Source: a virus
Virus record (IMG/VR): IMGVR_UViG_3300023084_000004
Length of the DNA stretch: 64,000 bases
Strand: one strand, 5' to 3'
In this document: in pieces, positions 20,148-29,555 of the stretch
How the letters are laid out: each line of letters starts with the position of its first letter
Numbering within the stretch: the first letter of the stretch is position 1
Program-made: the position numbers and the translations under genes
Notes under the pieces: model-generated
Seen by the model: the letters and a program-made list of their open reading frames with translations, nothing else
What the model was told of the DNA's origin: nothing
The model's database searches: none

Positions 20148-21292
20148 TATGGGTTTCCTGTTCCTGTTGAAGTAGTTGCTGGTCGTACTGGGTTACCTAC
20201 TTCTTGAAAATCACTTTCATTTGGAGTTTCAGCTGACGCTGTTGTAACTCCAGAAGGCAATAATTGTTCATAATCATCTGCAGTTTGAATAGAAAGTTCT
20301 TTAAATGATATACTAAGCGTAATAGAAGCTGGTACACCACCTTTAATAATTCCTACTTTAGCACCACCACCAGTATAATCTACTGTTACATTATCAATCA
20401 TACATCTTTTAAATCTCATGAAGTGTTTTTCTTGCACACCTAATAAGCTACATTCAACAACAGAAGGATATTTTAAAAATGCTTTATCTAATCCTTGAAC
20501 TCCTCCAATTCCTTCAGTTCGTGGTAACATTTTAGATTTTAAGAAGTTTACAATATTTGTAATTTGATCAGTATCTGCTTTATTTGCTGGAAATAAATCC
20601 CATTCAAAAGAATACTCTCTTAAGTTAACGCCTTCAAATGCTAATGTTTGTTGAGGATTAACAACACGACCAGTAACAGCACCTGCAGTTTTTGCAAGAT
20701 CTCCACTTAAATATTTTCGTGCAAGATATGAACCAATAGCCATTGCTTTACCAGTGTCAACATTCATTGCATCAGAAATAGCACCAGCAAAAGCATTACC
20801 AATTCCATTTTGTGCAGCGTTTTGACCATACGCGAGCGCACTACTCAATGCTTGACTTGCCATTTCACCAATATTTTTCATTGCTTGGCCAATATCTTGA
20901 CCACCTGTTGCTCCAGCAAGGCCCGCAGTTATTCTTTCAACAACGAAATCTCTTTCAAATGCAGTAACTTGTGTACCCGTATTATCTCTTAAAGTTCTAG
21001 GAAATGGAAGTTCAATTGAGCCTGTATTGCTATTTGTTACAGAATTTCTTTCTGGTACTAGTCCAAGATTTCTATTAGATTGAAATCGTGTTGTACTTGT
21101 TGTTGAACCATCATCATTATTTGTAGTAGTGGTACCTAAAGCTGTAGTAGAAGCTGCAAATTTTTCATAAGAATAATCTTGGAAAATCATTTGAAATCCA
21201 TGAGGCAATGGTTTACTAGGAAACGAAAAGGTTGTTATCCTTGAATCATTGGAGCGCCTGAAGCGCACTATTTCTGGCATATTGTTAGACAT
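20147..21292 (-). CDS. gp48: Baseplate tail-tube cap gp48
   Basis: NPQQTLAFEGVNLREYSFEWDLFP, FKRCMIDNVTVDYT, LSISFKE. Confidence 0.85.
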   Translation of the reverse strand: MSNNMPEIVRFRRSNDSRITTFSFPSKPLPHGFQMIFQDYSYEKFAASTTALGTTTTNNDDGSTTSTTRFQSNRNLGLVPERNSVTNSNTGSIELPFPRTLRDNTGTQVTAFERDFVVERITAGLAGATGGQDIGQAMKNIGEMASQALSSALAYGQNAAQNGIGNAFAGAISDAMNVDTGKAMAIGSYLARKYLSGDLAKTAGAVTGRVVNPQQTLAFEGVNLREYSFEWDLFPANKADTDQITNIVNFLKSKMLPRTEGIGGVQGLDKAFLKYPSVVECSLLGVQEKHFMRFKRCMIDNVTVDYTGGGAKVGIIKGGVPASITLSISFKELSIQTADDYEQLLPSGVTTASAETPNESDFQEVGNPVRPATTSTGTGNP

Positions 21293-21301
21293 AGAATTCT
21301 C

Positions 21302-21313
21302 TTTTACGTAAAA
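21302..21313. repeat. Perfect 12-bp palindrome TTTTACGTAAAA in the gp48/gp4 divergent intergenic region
   Basis: Read directly. Confidence 0.5.
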
Positions 21314-21331
21314 TTATTTTCCAATAGTTTT

Positions 21332-21366
21332 AATAAATAACATTGGATATCTTTCAATTATTTATA
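21332..21366. promoter_or_regulatory. Back-to-back late (gp55-type) promoters: AATAAATA (+, 21332-21339, towards gp4) and TATAAATA (-, 21359-21366, towards gp48)
   Basis: Match to the T4 late consensus TATAAATA at the strand switch. Confidence 0.7.
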
Positions 21367-21387
21367 TGGAGTAGTGAGAAGAATATT

Positions 21388-21846
21388 ATGGCTTATAAGG
21401 GTAGATTTCGCCCAAAGAATCCTGCAAAGTACAAAGGAGACCCGACGCGCATAATTTATAGATCTTTATGGGAATTTAAGTTCTTTAAATTTGTTGATGA
21501 GCATCCTGATACAATATGGTGGCAATCAGAAGAAGTAATTGTTCCATACAGATCACCTATAGATAGTAGGATACACAGATATTTTCCAGATGTGATAGTA
21601 CATAAAAAGAGTCCTGATGGTAAACTACAAACTATTATGATTGAAATTAAACCATATAAACAAACATTACCACCAGATCCAAAAAATAGAAATAATACTA
21701 AAACAGGAAGAATTTCAAGAAGGTATCTTAACGAAGTTAAAGCTTTTGGTGTTAATGACGCAAAATGGAAAGCAGCAAGACAATTTTGTGCAGATAGAGG
21801 TTGGGAATTTGTGATTATGACCGAAAAAGAATTAGGAGTAAGATAG
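21388..21846 (+). CDS. gp4: Head completion nuclease gp4 (TnsA-like)
   Basis: MAYKGRFRPKNPAKYKGDP, YRSLWE, HRYFPD, IEIKP; start moved to MAYKG. Confidence 0.92.
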   Translation: MAYKGRFRPKNPAKYKGDPTRIIYRSLWEFKFFKFVDEHPDTIWWQSEEVIVPYRSPIDSRIHRYFPDVIVHKKSPDGKLQTIMIEIKPYKQTLPPDPKNRNNTKTGRISRRYLNEVKAFGVNDAKWKAARQFCADRGWEFVIMTEKELGVR

Positions 21847-21847
21847 T

Positions 21848-22540
21848 TTGGTAGTAAAAACAGTAGAACAAATACTTGCAGAAGCAGAAGGGATCTCTGG
21901 TAATCCTCGTGGTGCTTCAGTATTTACTGATATATTAGCCAAAGGTATTAGAGCCGGAGAGGTACCAGCGCGTACTAAAGGTGCACGTGAATGGTACAGA
22001 AATGCTGCACAAAGTATTAGTAGAACAGGAAGTGCAGCATCTGGTGTTTCAGGTGAAGCATTCATAACTTCAGCTTCAAGAGATAGAGAGCGTTCTAAAG
22101 CTGCAACAAGATTTATGGTTGGAAACATGTATACGTTTGCGTATGATGCTAAACACAAAGAAACACTACCTTATTACGATATGTTCCCTTTAATTTTTCC
22201 AATAAATAAAGCTAAAGGCGGATTTCTTGGAATTAACTTTCACTATTTGCCACCAATGATGAGAGCTCAATTAATGGATGCTCTTTATGGTGCAGTGAAC
22301 AATAAAAAATATGATGAAACAACAAGATTAACTGTTTCATATAATATTTTAAATACTGCTTCGAAATATAGATTTTTTAAACCTGCAGTAAAACATTATT
22401 TAACAAAACAAATAAGATCCAAGTTAGTTTATATTAATCCGTCAGAGTGGGATATAGCTTTATTCCTACCGTTAGCAAGGTTTGCAGGTGCAACTAAACA
22501 AAAAGTATATGCTGACACAAGAAAAGCAATACGAGGATAA
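21848..22540 (+). CDS. gp2: DNA end protector gp2
   Basis: YDAKHKETLPYYDMFPLIF, FLGINFHYLPP. Confidence 0.92.
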   Translation: MVVKTVEQILAEAEGISGNPRGASVFTDILAKGIRAGEVPARTKGAREWYRNAAQSISRTGSAASGVSGEAFITSASRDRERSKAATRFMVGNMYTFAYDAKHKETLPYYDMFPLIFPINKAKGGFLGINFHYLPPMMRAQLMDALYGAVNNKKYDETTRLTVSYNILNTASKYRFFKPAVKHYLTKQIRSKLVYINPSEWDIALFLPLARFAGATKQKVYADTRKAIRG

Positions 22541-22544
22541 TTGA

Positions 22545-23315
22545 ATGTCGTTTAATATTAGTCGCTTTAAAACAACTTTGGATAAATTTGGTGGTCCAGG
22601 TCGTTCATCGTTATTTGAAGTAAGAATACCAGTTTTTAAAGTAGAAACATCGTCAGGTATTACTGAAAGAGATTTTTCTTTCTTTTGTTCAGGTGTTAAT
22701 TTTCCTGGTATTAATATTGAAACAGGTCAATTCAGTGCAGTAGCACAACTCACAACACAGTTTCCCTTAGAAATGTCTAGTCAACCTATTAATGCTACAT
22801 TCATGGTAGATTCAGATCATCAAGTTTTACAATTTTTCCATAACTGGATTCAAAGAGTATTGAATTATAGTAGTTCAGGAAACTCATTTTCAGCAATTGA
22901 TGGAGATTTAGATATTGGCCAAATGCCATTTGAATTAGGTTATAAAGATGATTATGCTTGTACAATGAATATAAGACATTATTCAGTAGAAAGTACTGGT
23001 ACTAAATATTATGAAGTAATACTTGAAAATTGTTTTCCATACGCTGTTGGAGACTTAGACTTAAACTGGCAAAATACTGATTCTTATTTAACTATGCCAG
23101 TAACATTTGCATATGATAGAATACGTTATAGTGGTGATAAAACTGGTATACCATCAAGAAGAAGTAATGGTGGGATTTTAGAAACATTATCAAATTTAGC
23201 CGGATTAGTAGACGTATTAAAACAAACTGCAGATCAGGGTAGACCAACCAGTATTCAAGATGCAATTAATAGATTAAGCAGAATTCGTAATTCGTATGAA
23301 AGATTGGGTGGATAA
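22545..23315 (+). CDS. gp54: Baseplate-tail tube initiator gp54 (tail-tube fold)
   Basis: CSGVNFPGINIET, LENCFPYAVGDLDLNW; position. Confidence 0.75.
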   Translation: MSFNISRFKTTLDKFGGPGRSSLFEVRIPVFKVETSSGITERDFSFFCSGVNFPGINIETGQFSAVAQLTTQFPLEMSSQPINATFMVDSDHQVLQFFHNWIQRVLNYSSSGNSFSAIDGDLDIGQMPFELGYKDDYACTMNIRHYSVESTGTKYYEVILENCFPYAVGDLDLNWQNTDSYLTMPVTFAYDRIRYSGDKTGIPSRRSNGGILETLSNLAGLVDVLKQTADQGRPTSIQDAINRLSRIRNSYERLGG

Positions 23316-23352
23316 TCCAAGAGATTAAAATTATATTATAGGAGAATATATT

Positions 23353-24054
23353 ATGGCGTTGCCAAAAATTGATTTGCCAATTATGGAAATTGAACTTCCA
23401 TCTACTGGTAAAAAAGTAAAATATAGACCGTTTACGGTTAAGGAAGAAAAAATTCTTCTTGTAGGTCAATCATCAGAAGATCCTGCACAAGAAATTCTTG
23501 CGGCAAAACAAGTAGTAAATAACTGTTTACTTGAAACAGATATTTCAACTCTTGCAATGTTTGATTTAGAATATATTTTGCTTATACTAAGAGCTCGGTC
23601 AGTAAATAACATAATTGAATTTAATATTAAAGATTCAGATACAGGTGAAGAAGTAACATTAAATTTAGATATTGATAATGTGAGTTTAACAAGACCGGAA
23701 GGTCATGAACGTGATGTAGTTATTAATGATACTTATAGATTAGCTTTAAAGTATCCAACTATTGATGAATACGTTAAAATGGCTCAAATGGATGAAACAG
23801 ATCCATTAACAAATTATTTAATGTTATGTACTTGTTTAGATTATGTAGCTTCAGAAGATGAAGTACACTATTTTAAAGATTACAGCCAAGAACAAATTGA
23901 CGAGTTTATGGATGATTTAAGTGGTGAGGTAATTCATGGAATTCAAAAATTCTTTGAAACAATGCCAAGACTACGACATGAAATGCCATACACAAATAAA
24001 AATGGTGATAAAAAAACATTTGTTATCGAGGGGATGCGAAGTTTTTTTACATAA
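23353..24054 (+). CDS. gp26: Baseplate hub subunit gp26
   Basis: MALPKIDLP..LPSTGKKVKYRPFTVKEEKILL, FFETMPRL. Confidence 0.92.
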   Translation: MALPKIDLPIMEIELPSTGKKVKYRPFTVKEEKILLVGQSSEDPAQEILAAKQVVNNCLLETDISTLAMFDLEYILLILRARSVNNIIEFNIKDSDTGEEVTLNLDIDNVSLTRPEGHERDVVINDTYRLALKYPTIDEYVKMAQMDETDPLTNYLMLCTCLDYVASEDEVHYFKDYSQEQIDEFMDDLSGEVIHGIQKFFETMPRLRHEMPYTNKNGDKKTFVIEGMRSFFT

Positions 24055-24230
24055 TGCTGGTCCATTTGAGACTTGAAAATTATTATCAAATTATTTTCAG
24101 CTTGGCCCAGCATCATAAATACAGTATAGACGAAATAGAAAGGTTAATTCCTTACGAAAGAGATTTGTATTTTGAAATGTTGGTTAACTGGATACAAGAA
24201 CAAAATGACAAGGCTAAAAACAAAGGTTAA
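24054..24230 (+). CDS. gp51: Baseplate hub assembly catalyst gp51 (58 aa)
   Basis: Not in track. TAATG overlap with gp26; LENYYQIIFSLAQHHKYSIDEIERLIPYERDLY. Confidence 0.88.
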   Translation: MLVHLRLENYYQIIFSLAQHHKYSIDEIERLIPYERDLYFEMLVNWIQEQNDKAKNKG

Positions 24231-24237
24231 ATAAAAA

Positions 24238-26112
24238 ATGTCACCAGAAACAGAAGCTATTATAGAACGACTGAAAGCGGAAGGCGATCTGCTGCGTAAT
24301 AGTGGAACTAATTCTATTAAAGAAGTAAAAGTCGAATTAGGTAAGTTTAACAGTGTTTTTACAGAACTTAATAAAAGCTTTGATGGTTTAAAAGATGTAG
24401 CTAAAGGGCAATCTGAATTAGCAAAACAAGATGCTAAATTAAGAGCAATGTCTGAAAAAGAACGACAAGCCTTTTATGATAAAGAAGCGCAAATGGCTCA
24501 GCGTGAACAAGAGCTTAGAAATCAAGATTTAGTCAAACAAGAAAAAGACCGACAAGCACGAAAGAGACAAGATAATTTCATTTATAAAAAAATGGATGGA
24601 TTATTTAGTTGGTTTGGAAAAATGTTTAGTATGATCGGTAAAATTCTATTAGTAGGTGCACCATTCTTATACAATTTTGCTGTTGGATATCTAAATGAAA
24701 AATTTGGATTAGAGTTACCAGATATTGCAACAGGAGCTAAAAACTTTGCAACTTTTCTTAAAAATACAGATTGGGATGCAGTTGGAAATGCTTTAAAAAT
24801 AATTGCAGGTGTAGGTGTTGCGGCTTTAGCGTTTAGAGGTGCAATGGTTGCTGCGACGGCAGCATTGGCAGCAGGAAGATTTTTAGGTTCCATACCCGGC
24901 CGGTTGGCTGGCCGCCCGCGTGTACCAACAGTTAATCCAGGTGTTCCGCCAACTCCACCGAGAGGAGTTCCTACTACTCCAAGAAACTTTACATTAGATG
25001 CTGATGGTAATCCTATTAGTAATAAAACGGGACAAAGATTAACCGGTGCCGCTAGAAATACTGCATTGAGAATAGCAGCTGAGGACGCTGCAGCAAATAA
25101 AAGACCGGGCTTCTTAGCTAGACAAGCTTCAAGATTGCGAGGTCCAGGCCTGGTTGCAAAAGGTGCAGGTTTTCTTGGTGGTGGTTTAACAGCAGCAGCT
25201 GTATTAGGTTTATTTGATGAAGAGAATCTTAGTGCAGATGCATTAGAAGCAGAACTTTTAGCGCAAGCAGATAGAGGTAGTTTATTAGATCAAGCCGGTG
25301 ATGTTTTAGTTGATACAACAATAAGTACTGCAGTTGGAGCTGGTACAGGTTCATTATTTGCAGGTGTAGGTGCTTTACCTGGTGCAATATCAGGAGCAAT
25401 CTGGGGATTTGGTTCTTCTATTGCTACTAAAGCCGGTGAGGCCTGGAGAGATTGGGGTGATAGAGGTATTGATACATTACCTAATACAGTTGAACAAGCT
25501 ATAAGAAATCAAGGTGAATTCACAGAAGAAACAACCGCGCAACAAGTTATTGATGCTTTAACAGCAACTAATGATGTAGCTAATCAGTTCCTTAGAGATA
25601 CCGCAGAGGAATTCAATGGTATGAATTCTGAAATTGAAAGACTTGAAGCTATAAAAGCCGCGGGTGCAGCAAATGGAATGTTTAATGTAGGTACTGATGG
25701 TAGATCATTTACAGTCGGTGAAGGTCGTTTAGATCGCATGATTGAAGACGCGAAAGAAGAAAGAGATCTTTTACAATCTCAAAGAGAAGCATCTCAAAAT
25801 GTTATTGACAGAAGACTTGAAGAAATACAAAGACAACAAGCTGCTATTGATGAATATAATAGACAATTAGCAGAATATAATGAAATTCAAAAACAAAGCC
25901 AAGACGCTTTAGCTGAACAAATGGATTCATTGGCAAGTGGAGCCGGTGGTAATCCTATTATGAATAATTATTATACTCAAGGTGGAACAAACGTATTCAA
26001 TAATACAAGTATGAGTAAGACTAGTGCAAGTAACGTAACTTCTTACGCACTAGGATATGGCGGTGGAAGTAATGGCGGACCAGGATTTATTGCAATACCT
26101 GGTTTAGTTTAA
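24238..26112 (+). CDS. Tail length tape measure/baseplate hub, gp29-like
   Basis: Coiled-coil and Ala/Gly-rich hydrophobic segments; position after gp51. Confidence 0.6.
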   Translation: MSPETEAIIERLKAEGDLLRNSGTNSIKEVKVELGKFNSVFTELNKSFDGLKDVAKGQSELAKQDAKLRAMSEKERQAFYDKEAQMAQREQELRNQDLVKQEKDRQARKRQDNFIYKKMDGLFSWFGKMFSMIGKILLVGAPFLYNFAVGYLNEKFGLELPDIATGAKNFATFLKNTDWDAVGNALKIIAGVGVAALAFRGAMVAATAALAAGRFLGSIPGRLAGRPRVPTVNPGVPPTPPRGVPTTPRNFTLDADGNPISNKTGQRLTGAARNTALRIAAEDAAANKRPGFLARQASRLRGPGLVAKGAGFLGGGLTAAAVLGLFDEENLSADALEAELLAQADRGSLLDQAGDVLVDTTISTAVGAGTGSLFAGVGALPGAISGAIWGFGSSIATKAGEAWRDWGDRGIDTLPNTVEQAIRNQGEFTEETTAQQVIDALTATNDVANQFLRDTAEEFNGMNSEIERLEAIKAAGAANGMFNVGTDGRSFTVGEGRLDRMIEDAKEERDLLQSQREASQNVIDRRLEEIQRQQAAIDEYNRQLAEYNEIQKQSQDALAEQMDSLASGAGGNPIMNNYYTQGGTNVFNNTSMSKTSASNVTSYALGYGGGSNGGPGFIAIPGLV

Positions 26113-26140
26113 AAAAAAGAGGACCGAAGTCCTCTTTTAA
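26111..26140. terminator. Bidirectional intrinsic terminator AAAAAAAAGAGGAC-CGAA-GTCCTCTTTT
   Basis: Perfect stem with A/T tails between convergent genes. Confidence 0.85.
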
Positions 26141-26141
26141 A

Positions 26142-26675
26142 TTAAGCGACTAATGTCGTTTTAACATTCTCTAAATAAGATCTTACAGATTCTGGTGAAG
26201 TTTCTCCATAAGGATCTGTTTCACAATCATCAGATTTACCAGGCTCAATAAACATCTTTTCAACAACACCATCATTTACAACCATAGCATATCTCCAAGA
26301 ACGCTTACCGAAACCAAGATTATCTTTTGCAACTAACATATCCATACCTGCGGTAAATTCGCAAGAACCATCAGGAATAAATGTGATATTTTCTGCTCTT
26401 TGATCATTTTTCCAAGCATTCATAACAAAAGCGTCATTACAAGAAATACAATAAATTGCATCAATACCTAATGCTGCAAACTCCGGCATTAATGCGTTAT
26501 AACCAGGTACCTGAAAATTAGAACAGGTTGGAGTAAAAGCACCGGGAAGAGAAAAAGCTACAACTCTTTTTCCTTTAAAAAAGTCATCGGTAGTTTTATG
26601 AACCCATTCAAATTCGGCGGTATCAACATTGCGTTGTCTTAGTTTGAATGTTACTTGTGGTAAAGTTTTTTCCAT
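26142..26675 (-). CDS. Peroxiredoxin (Prx5/PGdx type)
   Basis: SLPGAFTPTCS, SCNDAFVMNAW, GFGKRSWRYAM; start at MEKTLP. Confidence 0.92.
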   Translation of the reverse strand: MEKTLPQVTFKLRQRNVDTAEFEWVHKTTDDFFKGKRVVAFSLPGAFTPTCSNFQVPGYNALMPEFAALGIDAIYCISCNDAFVMNAWKNDQRAENITFIPDGSCEFTAGMDMLVAKDNLGFGKRSWRYAMVVNDGVVEKMFIEPGKSDDCETDPYGETSPESVRSYLENVKTTLVA

Positions 26676-26704
26676 AATAAATTTCCTTTCAAAACATGTT
26701 ATAA

Positions 26705-26734
26705 AATCGGGAGAGCATTGCACTCTCCCGGATT
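26705..26734 (-). terminator. GC-rich hairpin GGGAGAG/CTCTCCC between hsp20 and peroxiredoxin
   Basis: Inverted repeat followed by T-run on the minus strand. Confidence 0.6.
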
Positions 26735-26738
26735 AAAA

Positions 26739-27185
26739 TTAACCTACTAAGAATTCTTTCTTATTGTCAATTTTGATTTTTTGTGGTCTTTTCTCTTCAG
26801 GAATAATCCTTTCGAGTCCAATGACCAACAAACCATTTTTGAAGTTAGCACCAACTACTTTTAAGTCGTCAGCTAATGTAAAACTACGAGTAAATTTCTT
26901 TTGAGAAATTCCTTTATGTAGTACTACGGCTTCATCATCAGCTTTATCAGTATCAACTGATTTTACTGTAAGAACATCTTCTTTCACTTCAATATCAACA
27001 TCATTAATGTCAAGACCAGCTAATGCAAGTTCAATAGAGAACTTATCGCCGTCTTTATTTCTTTTGATGTTGTAAGGCGGGAAGCCTTGTGATTGATGTA
27101 CTTGTGGGAACTCCACTAATCTGTCAAACATTCTATCGAATCCGACAGCAAAAGGGGTTAAGTGGTTTATATTTAATCCAGTCAT
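26739..27185 (-). CDS. Small heat-shock protein Hsp20 (IbpA-like)
   Basis: VGFDRMF, FPPYNI, IELALAG, LHKGISQKKFTRSFTL, GLLVIGLERIIPEEKRP; SD AGGAGA before MTGLN. Confidence 0.95.
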   Translation of the reverse strand: MTGLNINHLTPFAVGFDRMFDRLVEFPQVHQSQGFPPYNIKRNKDGDKFSIELALAGLDINDVDIEVKEDVLTVKSVDTDKADDEAVVLHKGISQKKFTRSFTLADDLKVVGANFKNGLLVIGLERIIPEEKRPQKIKIDNKKEFLVG

Positions 27186-27279
27186 TTTTTTATCTCCTAT
27201 TAAGCTAGATATTAATATTTGAAGGTATTTACCCTTCACCTTTTCGTATACCCTTTCGGCGTATACAAAACTATTTATT
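27183..27279 (-). promoter_or_regulatory. hsp20 late promoter (AATAAATA) and structured 5'UTR with three hairpins, ROSE-like
   Basis: Hairpins read directly; third hairpin pairs with the SD. Confidence 0.55.
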
Positions 27280-27424
27280 CAACTTCTTTATTATTCGCAA
27301 TAAAATTTTTAATAAAATTTCGTACTTCTCTAGATGCAGAAGTATCGATATCTTTACAAAGTTGAATGAATTCTTTCTTTTGTTCTTTGTTTATTTTCAC
27401 TAATAAAGTGTCATCTTTTTTCAT
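27275..27424 (-). CDS. Small ribbon-helix-helix DNA-binding protein (49 aa)
   Basis: Not in track. MKKDDTLLVKINKEQKKEFIQLCKDIDTSASREVRNFIKNFI has the strand-helix-helix pattern of CopG/Arc proteins. Confidence 0.65.
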   Translation of the reverse strand: MKKDDTLLVKINKEQKKEFIQLCKDIDTSASREVRNFIKNFIANNKEVE

Positions 27425-27453
27425 AATTTTGTCACCTAATTGTCACATAGTTG

Positions 27454-27461
27454 TATAAATA
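27454..27461 (+). promoter_or_regulatory. Late promoter TATAAATA
   Basis: Exact T4 late consensus upstream of SD AGGAGA and ATG 27497. Confidence 0.7.
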
Positions 27462-27496
27462 AAAAGTATATACAATATATTTACAGGAGAAATACA

Positions 27497-27862
27497 ATGC
27501 TAAAACAATTCTTTAAAAAACTAGACAAACTCATGAAAGCTGGTCGTTTTCATAAAGTAGCTAATAAGTATTTAGCAACCTTTCTCATTGTTCCTTCATT
27601 AGCTTTTGCAGATGAAGTTAATATTCGTAATATTGACCATACAACTATAATGACTAAAGATGCAATGATCATATTAGACAAAAAAGCTGGTAAATTTTGG
27701 AATGCAAATTTAGATTGCGAACTTCCAATTACTACCGACTCTAAAGTCAATTTTAAGACTGCCACAAGGACAATCAAAAAAGGTTCAGAACTAACATTTA
27801 TTATTGGTTCTAAACAAAAAGATGAGCACCTATGTAGAGTTATAACTCTAGCGGCGCTTTAA
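27497..27862 (+). CDS. Hypothetical exported protein
   Basis: SD AGGAGA; basic N-region, hydrophobic core and SLAFA/DE signal-peptidase-I-like site. Confidence 0.6.
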   Translation: MLKQFFKKLDKLMKAGRFHKVANKYLATFLIVPSLAFADEVNIRNIDHTTIMTKDAMIILDKKAGKFWNANLDCELPITTDSKVNFKTATRTIKKGSELTFIIGSKQKDEHLCRVITLAAL

Positions 27863-28374
27863 TCTCCAGTACTTCCTATTCCTCCAGCGCGGCTTGTTCG
27901 TTGCGCTGGTTTCTTACTTGTTTCTTGTATAGAATACGATAAATTCTTTTCTAATTTACATTGAGCTAATCGCTCACCACTTACAACTCGTACTATTGAA
28001 TCAGATATATTTGTTAAAAGTATATGTGTTTCATGGAAATAATCACTATCAATAATACCTACACCATTTGTAAGAACTAAACCTTTTTTAGCTGCTACAC
28101 TACTACGTACATACATTTTAAGTACGTGATCTGGTGGTATGTTAAAAATAAGACCAGTGGGAACAAATGCTCTATGAGCAGGATGAAGAAGAAACGCAGT
28201 TTCTCCTTGAATTTCTTTTGTTAATACTTCTGTTTCTCTATTAACAGAATTAAATACTCGAATCTTTTGTCCTACTTCAAAGAAAGATTCGACGTCAAAG
28301 CATGCGGACTCTTCGGTAGCGAGAGCCGGAAGTTTTACTTTTGGAGATGACTTATAAACTAATAAAGTGCTCAT
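27859..28374 (-). CDS. dut: Trimeric dUTPase
   Basis: VPTGL, YVRSSVAAKKG, NGVGIIDSDY, GERLAQ, RAGGIGSTG. Confidence 0.92.
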   Translation of the reverse strand: MSTLLVYKSSPKVKLPALATEESACFDVESFFEVGQKIRVFNSVNRETEVLTKEIQGETAFLLHPAHRAFVPTGLIFNIPPDHVLKMYVRSSVAAKKGLVLTNGVGIIDSDYFHETHILLTNISDSIVRVVSGERLAQCKLEKNLSYSIQETSKKPAQRTSRAGGIGSTGD

Positions 28375-28477
28375 TATATAACCTTCAACTATTTCTAGGA
28401 TCTTGTTGCTGTTTTTTCTTTTCCTCTAATTTTTCTTTATTTAGAGGACAAGGTTGCTGTTCTTGCCTAGTCATTAT

Positions 28478-28506
28478 ATTATAATACATTCTTTACAGAA
28501 TGTCAA
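28478..28506 (-). promoter_or_regulatory. Sigma70-type promoter TTGACA-N17-TATAAT (dut)
   Basis: Exact consensus. Confidence 0.75.
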
Positions 28507-28911
28507 CTATTTTTTACCAATATTATACTTTACTGTAAGATCCCAGTCATCTTTCTCTTTAAATGCAATAATCTTAATTTGATTAAGAGAAGCAACTGGT
28601 TCTTTTGTTTTAGCTGGGTCTACTACTTTAATGAGTTCCCATTCTTCTAATAAGTTTACTATCGTATTGCGTCTTGCGTGGTCTTCTTCTGTAAACGTAT
28701 TGTGCTTACCATCTAAAATAAACAATTCTTTAAAATGAAGAATTGAATATCTTCCTTTTTTATGAAGAATATGACATGACTGAAAAAGTTTCTTTTCTTT
28801 ACGAGAAGAAATTCCAATACGAGTTAATGTCTCTTTAATTTTTAAGAAGGAGTCCGGTGTTGGTAAAGTAACCTCTACACCCACTCCTCTAAAAATATCT
28901 TCGTTTTCCAT
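28507..28911 (-). CDS. regA: Translational repressor RegA
   Basis: PDSFLKIKETLTRIGISS, LFQSCHILHKKGRYSILHFKELF. Confidence 0.97.
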   Translation of the reverse strand: MENEDIFRGVGVEVTLPTPDSFLKIKETLTRIGISSRKEKKLFQSCHILHKKGRYSILHFKELFILDGKHNTFTEEDHARRNTIVNLLEEWELIKVVDPAKTKEPVASLNQIKIIAFKEKDDWDLTVKYNIGKK

Positions 28912-28987
28912 GATTTATATTCACCTTTATAATTTTAATTTGTGGCATGGTATATAACCATTCATTTTTATTTATTTTATTTAAGTT

Positions 28988-29380
28988 TTAGCCACCGATG
29001 AAAAGACGATCATGTACCGTTTGTAATTGTTCTTTAGATAATACCTTTAAATATTGTTTCGCAACAGTTCTATTACATTGATATACTTCTTGTATTGCAT
29101 CAAGATCTTTGTTTTTATCTGCTTTATGCCATTTAGAAAATCTTTTTCTTTTTCTTAAGACAGACCTATAATAGTCGAATTGAGCACCAAGGAATAATTC
29201 ATGACGTTGATTCATTTCATTAGCATGTAATATAGTATCTTCGAAATTTGCGAAGCCTCTGTTGACGATATATGCGTTATATGTTTTTTCTGTAATTTCT
29301 GGATTATCACTATTTCGAATGAGATCTTCTTTACTAAAAGAAGCCGCATTCATAAAATCAAACGGACTTATCTCTTTCAT
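28988..29380 (-). CDS. gp62: Clamp loader small subunit gp62
   Basis: PFDFMNA, YNAYIVNRGF, ANEMN, RKRKRFSKW. Confidence 0.92.
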   Translation of the reverse strand: MKEISPFDFMNAASFSKEDLIRNSDNPEITEKTYNAYIVNRGFANFEDTILHANEMNQRHELFLGAQFDYYRSVLRKRKRFSKWHKADKNKDLDAIQEVYQCNRTVAKQYLKVLSKEQLQTVHDRLFIGG

Positions 29381-29555
29381 TAATTACGTCCTCTAATTGA
29401 ATCATTATGTCATTAAAGTCTTTTGCGCATTCTTCGCACATAAGCACTTCATGTCTACCTTCAAGTGTGTCAAGCTTAATCGTATATTCTTCACCTCCTC
29501 GCATACGTTTAGCGCAATTGAAACACTTTTTACCATTACTTAATATGCTTACCAT
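29358..29555 (-). CDS. Small CxxC/CxxC zinc-finger protein
   Basis: CFNC...CEEC; overlaps flanking genes. Confidence 0.6.
   Translation of the reverse strand: MVSILSNGKKCFNCAKRMRGGEEYTIKLDTLEGRHEVLMCEECAKDFNDIMIQLEDVINERDKSV

Noticed and set aside
3011-26112. Three ORFs of exactly 624 aa (gp8, gp6, gp29-like)
   Set aside because: Unrelated sequences; coincidence
28385-28474. 29-aa ORF MTRQEQQPCPL upstream of dut
   Set aside because: Its ATG lies at or before the likely start site of the promoter at 28478-28506; no SD; probably leader sequence
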